The notes under the pieces: generated by a model | The model's input: only the letters and a program-made list of their open reading frames with translations | The model's database searches: none | What the model was told of the DNA's origin: nothing | Assembly: GCF_001457615.1 (NCBI RefSeq) | Contig: NZ_LN831024.1 | Coordinates: forward strand, 360,001-392,000 | Length of the DNA stretch: 32,000 nucleotides | Reading direction: 5' to 3' | Origin: Pseudomonas aeruginosa | Lineage (GTDB): Bacteria > Pseudomonadota > Gammaproteobacteria > Pseudomonadales > Pseudomonadaceae | In this document: positions 17,579-25,023 of the stretch, in pieces | Layout: every line of letters begins with the position of its first letter | Numbering within the stretch: position 1 is the first letter of the stretch | Position numbers and translations under genes: made by a program

Positions 17579-18958
17579 TCATTCCCCGCGCCCGCTCTCC
17601 AGCAATTCGGCCAGCGCGTCGATCTGTTCCTGGCGGTCGCTGCCGCCCACCCGCCTGCCGTTCAGCGACGACCACTCCGGATGCGCGCGCGCCTTGCGCA
17701 GCGCTTCCGGCAGCTTGCCTTCGCGCCACTGCTTGTCCTCCGGGGTTTCCAGGCGGATCGCCTCGACCGCCGCGTGGCCGCGCGTTTGCAGGGCTGCCAG
17801 GAGCTGCCGTTGGCGCAGCGCGAGCAAGCGCAGCACGGCGTCGTTGACGGTCAGCTCGCGGGCGCCCTTGAGCTTGCCGAGCAGGCGCGAGCCGTAGTGG
17901 CCGACGGTCTGCCAGGCGCCGCCGGCGAGGGCACCGAGGGCGGCGGCGGCGCCAAGGGTGACGCCGCCCACCAGCAGGTCGATGCCGGCGCCGGCCGCGG
18001 CACCGGCCGCAACCCCGCCGCCGAGGCGGATACCGAGTTGGCGCAGGGTCTCCGGATTGAACAGATCGTCGCCCCAGCGGCCGTCGAGCAGCGGCAGGTC
18101 GGCGGCGCGGGCGTCGTCCCTGGCGAAGGCGTAGAGCCGCAGCAACGCTTCCACGCAGGCCTGCTCGCGCTTGCGCACCTGCTGGTGCAGGTCGCGGGTG
18201 GCTTCCTGCACGGCGCTTTCGCCGCCGGGCACCAGGCGCCGGCAGGCGGCGACGTCGACCAGCAATTCGGCGATCAGCCGTTGCCCGGCGCGCAGGCGCG
18301 CGGCGGCCTGGGTCTCATGGTCGGCGATCAGCCGGTCGAGTTGCGGCCGGGCGCGCTCCAGCAGCAGCGCCAGGCTCTCGTAGAGGCGCCGTTCGCCGTC
18401 CAGCGGCGGCGCCACGCTGTCGAAACGCACCAGGGCGTGCAGGCCCAGGCGAGCGAGGGCGGCGCGCCACTCCTCCTCGCGATGCTGCGGGCTGGCGACA
18501 AAGTTCAGCACCGGCAGCAGCGGCCGGCCGCAGCCGGCGAGCACCGCCAGTTCGTCGCGATACTTGGCCAGCACCGGTTCGCGGGCGTCGATCACGTAGA
18601 GCCCGGCGTCGGAGGCGAGCAACTGGCGGACCACCTTGGCTTCCTGTTCGAAACGCCCGCGCGCTTCGTTGCTGTCCAGCAACCGCGCCATGCGTTCCGG
18701 GCCATCGAGACGCTCGCCGGGGCGCTCCAGGGCGTCCAGGTAGTCGAGCAGGGCGATGGCGTCTTCCAGGCCGGGCGTGTCGTAGAGTTCCAGCAGCGCT
18801 TCGCCGTCCACCGACAGCCTGGCGCCCTCGACGTGGCGGGTGGTGCTGGGGCGATGGGAGACTTCGCCGAATCCGCGGTCGCGGGTCAGGGTGCGCAGCA
18901 GCGAGGTCTTGCCGGTATTGGTGTGGCCGACCACGGCCAGGATCAGCGGCTCAGTCAT
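17579..18958 (-). CDS. Membrane-anchored P-loop GTPase (HSR1/MMR-type G domain + DUF3482-like C-terminal region by memory)
   Basis: The internal ATG 18958 gives 459 aa: MTEPLILAVVGHTNTGKTSLL (G1), STTRH (G2), LYDTPG (G3). A glycine-rich double hydrophobic segment, LGGGVAAGAAAGAGIDLLVGGVTLGAAAALGALAGGAW, is present. The ATG overlaps the upstream stop by 8 nt (ATGACTGA). Confidence 0.8.
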   Translation of the reverse strand: MTEPLILAVVGHTNTGKTSLLRTLTRDRGFGEVSHRPSTTRHVEGARLSVDGEALLELYDTPGLEDAIALLDYLDALERPGERLDGPERMARLLDSNEARGRFEQEAKVVRQLLASDAGLYVIDAREPVLAKYRDELAVLAGCGRPLLPVLNFVASPQHREEEWRAALARLGLHALVRFDSVAPPLDGERRLYESLALLLERARPQLDRLIADHETQAAARLRAGQRLIAELLVDVAACRRLVPGGESAVQEATRDLHQQVRKREQACVEALLRLYAFARDDARAADLPLLDGRWGDDLFNPETLRQLGIRLGGGVAAGAAAGAGIDLLVGGVTLGAAAALGALAGGAWQTVGHYGSRLLGKLKGARELTVNDAVLRLLALRQRQLLAALQTRGHAAVEAIRLETPEDKQWREGKLPEALRKARAHPEWSSLNGRRVGGSDRQEQIDALAELLESGRGE

Positions 18959-20336
18959 GGCCGGTCTCCAGCCAGGCCAGCGGCGAGGTCTCGCCGTGCG
19001 GCAGTTGCAGGCGTTCCAGGGCGGCGTGCCAGTCACCCAGGCGGTCGCTGTCGAGCGCTTCGCCGGGCGGAGCCTGGAGCAGCCAGATGCGGGTGCTGGC
19101 GGCGCAGCGGGCGAGTTCGCCGAGCAGTGCCAGGGTGCCGCGGTCCGGCGAGCGACGCGGGTCGCAGGCGATGGCCAGGCGCGCCGGCGGGTAGCGGGTC
19201 AGTTGTTCGAGCAGGCGACGGCGCTGCTGGCCGTCGTCGAGGATGCCGGCGTCGGCGACGCCTTCGGCGAGCTTCGGCGGCCAGGGCCGGCGATCGTCCA
19301 GCTCCACCGCCACCAGCACCGCTCCGGCGGCTTCCTGGCCGGACTGGCCGCCCTGCGGCTCCGGCAGCCAGTCCGGTGCCGCGTCGCTGACGCCGAGGCG
19401 TTCGCTGGCCGGCATCAAGCGTTCGCGCAGCAGGCTGTAGCCTGGGTCGTCGAGGTCCAGGTCGAGGTGGGCCAGGCCGCGTTTCCAGCGCCACAGGCAG
19501 AGCAGACCGAGCAGCGCGCGCGGCAGGACCCCATAGACCAGCAGTACGCCTACCAGCCAGCCGGCCCAGGCGTGCCGTGCGGCTTCGCTGGCCAGGGCGG
19601 CGTCGCCGCTGGCGCGGATCAGCTCGGCGTCCGGCAACGGGAAGCCAAGCAACGCCGGCAGGGCGCCGAGCGCCTGGGTAAGGGCGATGAAGGTATCGCT
19701 GCCGAGAATGGTGGTTTCCCAGACGAAACCGTAGCGGCGGGTCGCCAGCAGGCCGAGGAGCATGGCCAGCGCGGTCAGCAGGCCGAGCAGCCAGAGCCCG
19801 TGGACCAGCGCGCCGAGGCCCCAGCGCGCCAGCCGGCGCCGGCCGAGCAGGACCAGTAGCGCCGGCGCCAGGTGCGCGGCGCGGGCATCGCGCGCCAGCT
19901 TGCCGCTGAGCCACAGCCAGAGCCGGCCGAGCGCGCCCGCGGCCTCGCCGCCGGCGAGCAGGCCGAGGGCCCAGCCGAGCAGGGTCAGCAGGTGCAGGCC
20001 GAGTAGGCTGGCCAGCGCCCAGAACACGTTGACCGGGCGCTGGCCATCGCCGAGCGCGGCGAAGGCCAGTCCGGCGCCGCTGGCCAGGGCCAGCACCAGC
20101 AGCAGGGCCAGCGCCAGCCGCGAACCCTGGCGCCAGGTCCGCTGGGCGTCGAGCAGGCCCTCGCGGCGGCCCAGCCAGTGGGCGCGGGTGAGAATACGGC
20201 GCGGCAGGGAACCGCCCTGGGCCAGCGCCTGGCGAACCGCCTCGCTGTCTTCCAGCGGACCGGCCTGCTCCTCGCGCAGGCGAACGGCCTCGGTCAGCCA
20301 GAGGGCGTCGAGGCCGGGATGCGTCGTGTGACTCAA
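18951..20336 (-). CDS. Polytopic membrane protein of unknown function (DUF2868-like by memory)
   Basis: 461 aa. TTG start at 20336-20334 with GGAGG 4 nt upstream. There are at least six hydrophobic segments in residues ~75-290, then a ~170-aa soluble C-terminal domain. Confidence 0.7.
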   Translation of the reverse strand: MSHTTHPGLDALWLTEAVRLREEQAGPLEDSEAVRQALAQGGSLPRRILTRAHWLGRREGLLDAQRTWRQGSRLALALLLVLALASGAGLAFAALGDGQRPVNVFWALASLLGLHLLTLLGWALGLLAGGEAAGALGRLWLWLSGKLARDARAAHLAPALLVLLGRRRLARWGLGALVHGLWLLGLLTALAMLLGLLATRRYGFVWETTILGSDTFIALTQALGALPALLGFPLPDAELIRASGDAALASEAARHAWAGWLVGVLLVYGVLPRALLGLLCLWRWKRGLAHLDLDLDDPGYSLLRERLMPASERLGVSDAAPDWLPEPQGGQSGQEAAGAVLVAVELDDRRPWPPKLAEGVADAGILDDGQQRRRLLEQLTRYPPARLAIACDPRRSPDRGTLALLGELARCAASTRIWLLQAPPGEALDSDRLGDWHAALERLQLPHGETSPLAWLETGHD

Positions 20337-20527
20337 GTCACCTCCTGTGTCGATTTCCCTGCCGAGCGTGAATCGTGCCCGGCCAACGGCGTCTGATCAG
20401 CGCCAAACATAGCAAAAAGCGCCCCGGCGGCTCATGCTGGCTTGCCAGCCGGCTGGCGGCGGGGTGTGGGGTTTTGACTGGCGCCGTGGCGAAAGCGTTC
20501 GGCGCCGGTAGCGAGAGGAACACTGAG

Positions 20528-20890
20528 ATGAAGGTAGTACGCCGATACCCCCTGGCGCTGTTGCTGGGGATGGCGGGCGCGCTGGCCGACGAGTTGCCCG
20601 ATGGCTCCTTGCTGCAACGCTATGGCGTGCAGGCCGACCAGTTGCCGACCCTGGCGGCGGATCCGCCGTCGCGCAAGGAGGAGAAGGAAACGCCGTCGCG
20701 CTTCCGGGTGGAGCCGGAGCAGCCCTTGGTGACCTTTGGCGTCAAGGACCACAAGGGCATGGAACCCACTGGCAACCCGTCGATCGACGCCATGCACGAG
20801 CGCGATCGGCGGATCTGCCGGAACATCAGGCGGCAGGCACTGGAGAAAGGCAAGGCACAGCCCTTCGACGGCTACATCGAGTGTCCATGA
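20528..20890 (+). CDS. Small secreted hypothetical protein
   Basis: 120 aa from the internal ATG 20528. Signal peptide MKVVRRYPLALLLGMAGALA/DE. The mature part is charged and low in complexity, with two C-terminal Cys (RRICRN...YIECP). I recognise no homolog. Confidence 0.55.
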   Translation: MKVVRRYPLALLLGMAGALADELPDGSLLQRYGVQADQLPTLAADPPSRKEEKETPSRFRVEPEQPLVTFGVKDHKGMEPTGNPSIDAMHERDRRICRNIRRQALEKGKAQPFDGYIECP

Positions 20891-20918
20891 GGCCGGCGCC
20901 CGCGTACGAGCGCCGGTC
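20891..20918. terminator. GC hairpin between the convergent small secreted-protein gene and glpQ
   Basis: GGCCGGCGC-ccgcgtacga-GCGCCGGTC forms 9 pairs including one G-U. No U-tract. Confidence 0.3.
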
Positions 20919-20926
20919 GGGCTGCG

Positions 20927-22078
20927 TCAGCGCTGCTCGCGCAGGCGCACGGCGACGTCCGGCTGGTCGCTGAACAGGCCGTCGATGCCGGCGTCGAGGT
21001 AGGCCCTGATCTCGCCGGCCAGGTCGCCGCGCGACTGTGGGTTGCCGTCGGCGCTGCGGAACTCCGCCGGAAGGAAGCTGTTTTCCGCGCGGAAGGTGTA
21101 GGGATGCACCTTCAGCCCGGCGGCGTGGGCGTCGCCGACGAAGCGGGTCGGCTGGCCGAGGTTGCCGTTGGCATCGCGGGGAATCACGTAGCTCTTGTCC
21201 GGACCGACCCCGTAGGCGTAGCGCGCCACCTGGCGCAGGCCCTTGGCGGTGGCCATCTCGGCGTAGGTCAGGCTGCCGCCGCTGGCCTGCTGGTCGTAGG
21301 GCTGGCCGCTGCCGTAGAGCTGGACCAGGCGGATGCCGGTGAGGCGCTTGAGTTCCTTCAGGTTGTTCACCTCGAAGGACTGGATGAATACCGGCGCGCG
21401 CGGACCGAGGTAGCCGTTGCGGTGCAGGGTCTTCACCAGCGGGCGTTCCATGGCCAGGCCGAGGCGCTGGAAGTGGGTGCCGTGCTTGATCTCGGGGTAC
21501 AGGCCGATGGTGCGTTGCTGGCTGATCTGCAGGCTTTTCACCAGGTCGATGATCTCCTGCAGGGTGGGGATCTCGAAGGTGCCGTCCAGGCGCGCATTGC
21601 CCGGGCGGATCGTGGGGATGCGCTCGATGGCGCGCAGGGTCTTCAGTTCGGCGAGGGTGAAGTCTTCGCTGAACCAGCCGGTGAGTTCCACTCCGTCGAC
21701 TTTCTGCGTGCGCTTGCGGTCGGCGAATTCCGGGTGCTGGGCGACATCGGTGGTCAGGCCCAGCTCGTTGTCGTGGCGGGCGACCAGCTTGCCGTCGCGG
21801 GTCATCACCAGGTCCGGCTCGACGTAGTCGGCGCCCATCATCACCGCCAGGGCGTAGGCGCCCAGGGTGTGTTCCGGTACGTAACCGCTGGCGCCACGGT
21901 GGGCGATGACCAGCGGCGAGCGTTCGTCGCTGGCCGGGTGGCGAACGGAGGCCTGGCCCTGGGCCCAGTCGATGGCGCGTTGTACGTTGCCGGTGTCGGC
22001 GTGGGCGGCGCTGGCCAGGCCAGCGGCGAGCATCAGGCAGGCGGCGCCGAGGTGGCGGCGCAGGAAGGCTGGTTGCAT
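20927..22078 (-). CDS. glpQ: Periplasmic glycerophosphodiester phosphodiesterase
   Basis: 383 aa from the internal ATG 22078 (GAGGA upstream). Signal peptide MQPAFLRRHLGAACLMLAAGLASAAHA. GDPD motifs: VIAHRGASGYVPEHT, YVEPDLVMTRDG, YPEIK. Confidence 0.9.
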   Translation of the reverse strand: MQPAFLRRHLGAACLMLAAGLASAAHADTGNVQRAIDWAQGQASVRHPASDERSPLVIAHRGASGYVPEHTLGAYALAVMMGADYVEPDLVMTRDGKLVARHDNELGLTTDVAQHPEFADRKRTQKVDGVELTGWFSEDFTLAELKTLRAIERIPTIRPGNARLDGTFEIPTLQEIIDLVKSLQISQQRTIGLYPEIKHGTHFQRLGLAMERPLVKTLHRNGYLGPRAPVFIQSFEVNNLKELKRLTGIRLVQLYGSGQPYDQQASGGSLTYAEMATAKGLRQVARYAYGVGPDKSYVIPRDANGNLGQPTRFVGDAHAAGLKVHPYTFRAENSFLPAEFRSADGNPQSRGDLAGEIRAYLDAGIDGLFSDQPDVAVRLREQR

Positions 22079-22287
22079 GACGGGTCCTCGTCGGCGGTTC
22101 GGGAGTGTTCCAGTCCAGCAGATTGACGCAGCCAGGTGATACTTCTTTGCCCGTTTCGCGACATTCCCGTGACAATCGCCGCCAGCGTGACGACGTCGGC
22201 GTTTTCCCGGCCAATCCAACGAAAGGGGCGGACGGCCGGGGCAGGGTATAGGGTGACGGCGCTCGCATAACAATAAGAGGATCGGTG

Positions 22288-23382
22288 ATGGCTTCCGCGC
22301 AACCTGCCTCCGCGTTTCCCTGCCTGTCGTTGCAACTGGCCTGCCTGTTGCTGGGCGCCTGGCTGGCCTTCGATGCCCACGGCGGCGGCCAGGCCGTGGC
22401 GCCGCCGGCCCGTGTCGAAGCGCGTGTGCCGACGGCCGCTACCGATGACTGGGGACGCCAGCCGGACAGCCTGATGAGCGCCGTGCCGCCGCGCACGCTG
22501 GAGGCGAGCGTCGGCGCCCGCGGCTCGGGATCGGCGAGTTCGCGACTGTGGATCGCCGATACCGACTTCCGCCTGCACGACGACATCGGTTTCTTCATCC
22601 AGCGCATGCTGATCCGCATGGAGCCGACTCGTCCCGGCGCGCCCTTGTCGCTCGACGATCCGACGGCGATGGTGGCGCGGATCCAGGCCGGCGAGATATT
22701 CGTCAGCGACGCCACCCTGGCGACCCTGCTCAACCAGGACCTCGCTGCGTCCCGCGCGGCCGTGCGCAACCTCAGTATGAACACCCGCAAGGACGGCCAG
22801 GAAGTGCGTGGCGAGTTGTTGCGCAAGGGGCGCTGGCGGCCGCTGCGGATGCTCACCGAGATCGAGCTGAGCGGTCCGCTGGAGGTGACCCTGGTACCCC
22901 GGCGGATCTTCGTCGACGGGGTCGAGGTCACTTCGTCGCTGGCGGCGGCCTCGATCGAGATGTCCGAGGTGCTGAAGCTGAAGACCCGGCACATGGAACT
23001 GGTCGGCAACCGCATCCGCGTCGACCTCGACGGTTTGTTCCCGCCGCCGCGCCTGGACTTCCGCGTCAGTCGCCTGGCCCTGGCCGACGGCGGCATGCAA
23101 CTCGCCCTCGGCGACTCCCTGGCCGACCTGCAATGGCCGGCATTACGGGCGCCGGACAGCTACATGTTCATCGAGGGCGGCGATATCAAGATGGCGCGCA
23201 CCGTGCTGGTCAAGGCCTATGCCCTGTTCACCAGCCTCAGCCCGGGGCAGCCGCTGCTGTTCAATCTCTACGACTACCGGCGGCAACTGCAGAACGGCGT
23301 GATCCGCCTGCGCGAGGACGGCATGGTGCAGATCGCCGTGTCGCCGGTGAAGGCGCCGGCGCCGCTGGAGGCACGGCTGTGA
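22288..23382 (+). CDS. Hypothetical exported or membrane-anchored protein, paralog A
   Basis: 364 aa with AAGAGGA 6 nt upstream of ATG 22288. Hydrophobic N-terminus (CLSLQLACLLLGAWLAF). Paralogous to the next gene along most of its length. Confidence 0.7.
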   Translation: MASAQPASAFPCLSLQLACLLLGAWLAFDAHGGGQAVAPPARVEARVPTAATDDWGRQPDSLMSAVPPRTLEASVGARGSGSASSRLWIADTDFRLHDDIGFFIQRMLIRMEPTRPGAPLSLDDPTAMVARIQAGEIFVSDATLATLLNQDLAASRAAVRNLSMNTRKDGQEVRGELLRKGRWRPLRMLTEIELSGPLEVTLVPRRIFVDGVEVTSSLAAASIEMSEVLKLKTRHMELVGNRIRVDLDGLFPPPRLDFRVSRLALADGGMQLALGDSLADLQWPALRAPDSYMFIEGGDIKMARTVLVKAYALFTSLSPGQPLLFNLYDYRRQLQNGVIRLREDGMVQIAVSPVKAPAPLEARL

Positions 23383-24419
23383 GCCGGCGTCCGTGGGGCG
23401 TACTGCTTGGCTGTTGCCTGTTGGCGGCCAGCGCGGCCCAGGCCGAAAGCGCCATCGACCGGCAGCAGCGCGAACTGGCCCTGCTGCGCGAGGGCTGGTA
23501 CCGGCAGGTCCCGCCGGCGCCGGTGCCGCTGCCCATGCGTACGGCCGGGCCGGCGGATTCCGGCCAGGATGGCGTCGGCATACTGCTGCGCAACGTGGAC
23601 ATGTACCTGCGCGGCAACATCGGTTTCCACGTGCCCGAGGTGAAGGGCTGGCTGGTGCCGAACCGGGCCGGCCAGCCGGTGGACTTCGACCGCCCGCAGG
23701 ACATGCATTTCCAGGTGATGGAGGGTGAGGTGCTGCTCAGCCCGCGGCAGCTGGCCAACCTGTTCAACGAGCACATCCTCGCCTACGACGGGACCATGTT
23801 GAAGGACTTCCGCATGAGCAGTGCGGCGGGACGCCTGGAGGTGGAGGGGCGGGTGCGTCCGCTCGGCGTAGGGCCCTGGCTGCCGCTGCGGCTGGGCGGC
23901 GGCGTGGAGGTGGACGCGGCCAGCGGCGCGCTGGTCTATCGGCCCGACCAGTTGAAGGTGATCGGTCTGCCGCTGTACGGGGCGATGAGCCTGGTCGGTC
24001 TGCCGATGTCGGCGCTGGTCAGCCTCGATCGGCCGGGGGCGAGCCTGGTCGGCAGCGCCATGCGCCTGGACTACCGCAAGGTCTTCCCGCTGCTGGGCAT
24101 CGATGGCCACGTACAGGAGGCCTGGCTCGACGACCAGGGGCTGCACCTGCGTTTCTCCCAGGCGCCCGGCCAGCCGTCGCCGGTGTTCAGCCCGCCGGCC
24201 GCGGCGGGCCCATCCTTCCTCTGGCTACAGTCGGGCGACCTGAAGATCTTCGAAATCCTCATCACCTACGCCCAGGTGCTGCTGAAGACCGAGACCCCGG
24301 ACCAGGTGCTGACCTTCAACCTGCAGGACTACCGCAAGGTGCTGGCGACCGGCACCACCCAGGTCAACGAGGATGGCACCTTCTTCATGCAGGTGCCGCC
24401 GTATGCCAATCCCTTGTAG
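23379..24419 (+). CDS. Hypothetical secreted protein (possibly a lipoprotein), paralog B
   Basis: GTG 23379 overlaps the TGA of the upstream gene (GTGA), with GGAGG 8 nt upstream. 346 aa. Signal peptide (M)SRRPWGVLLGCCLLAASAAQA/ES. LLGC could alternatively be a lipobox. Confidence 0.7.
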   Translation: MSRRPWGVLLGCCLLAASAAQAESAIDRQQRELALLREGWYRQVPPAPVPLPMRTAGPADSGQDGVGILLRNVDMYLRGNIGFHVPEVKGWLVPNRAGQPVDFDRPQDMHFQVMEGEVLLSPRQLANLFNEHILAYDGTMLKDFRMSSAAGRLEVEGRVRPLGVGPWLPLRLGGGVEVDAASGALVYRPDQLKVIGLPLYGAMSLVGLPMSALVSLDRPGASLVGSAMRLDYRKVFPLLGIDGHVQEAWLDDQGLHLRFSQAPGQPSPVFSPPAAAGPSFLWLQSGDLKIFEILITYAQVLLKTETPDQVLTFNLQDYRKVLATGTTQVNEDGTFFMQVPPYANPL

Positions 24420-24450
24420 GCCGGCCCGCACAGTTGGCCTGGAGTCCGCC

Positions 24451-24478
24451 GGCGCGAGTGTTTATCCTCGCGCCTTTG
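24451..24478 (+). terminator. Hairpin + TTTGT between paralog B and folA
   Basis: GGCGCGAG-tgtttatc-CTCGCGCC (8-bp perfect stem) followed by TTTGTCC. It ends only about 24 nt before the folA ATG. Confidence 0.45.
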
Positions 24479-24501
24479 TCCTTCCACGATGAGGTAACCC
24501 C

Positions 24502-25008
24502 ATGGCACGACCGCTGGCGATGATCGCCGCCCTTGGCGAGAACCGCGCGATCGGCATCGACAACCGCCTGCCCTGGCGCCTGCCGGCCGACCTCAAGCAT
24601 TTCAAGGCGATGACCCTCGGCAAGCCGGTGATCATGGGGCGCAAGACCTGGGACTCGCTGGGTCGGCCGCTGCCGGGCCGGCTCAACCTGGTGGTCAGTC
24701 GCCAGGCCGGCCTGGCACTGGAGGGTGCGGAAGTGTTCGCCAGCCTGGACGCCGCGCTGGCGCGCGCCGAGGCGTGGGCGCAGGCGGAGGACGCCGACGA
24801 ACTGATGCTGATCGGCGGCGCCCAGCTCTATGCCGAGGCCTTGCCGCGCGCCGCGCGCCTCTACCTGACCCGGGTGGGCCTGGCGCCGGAAGGCGACGCC
24901 TTTTTCCCCGAGATCGATGGCGCGGCCTGGCGCCTGGCGTCGAGCATCGAACACGCCGCGGCTGACGATGCGCCTGCCTACGCCTTCGAGGTATGGGAGC
25001 GCCGCTGA
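24502..25008 (+). CDS. folA: Dihydrofolate reductase
   Basis: 168 aa: MIAALGENRAIGIDNRLPW, VIMGRKTWDS, LIGGAQLY. GAGGT SD. Confidence 0.95.
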   Translation: MARPLAMIAALGENRAIGIDNRLPWRLPADLKHFKAMTLGKPVIMGRKTWDSLGRPLPGRLNLVVSRQAGLALEGAEVFASLDAALARAEAWAQAEDADELMLIGGAQLYAEALPRAARLYLTRVGLAPEGDAFFPEIDGAAWRLASSIEHAAADDAPAYAFEVWERR

Positions 25009-25023
25009 CGGTTCCAGGCGGGG

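Noticed and set aside
17543-19390. 615-aa plus-strand ORF (and 18840..19859, 19033..19914, 19762..20331) overlapping the GTPase / membrane protein operon
   Set aside because: The minus-strand frames have a P-loop, DTPG, TM segments, SDs and start/stop coupling. The alternatives are Arg/Ala/Gly/Pro-rich with no signals.
20826-23096. 756-aa and 366-aa (22033..23133) minus-strand ORFs spanning glpQ and paralog A
   Set aside because: They cross a divergent promoter region and lie out of frame or antisense to genes with signal peptides and GDPD motifs. Their composition is Arg/Pro/Gly-dominated.
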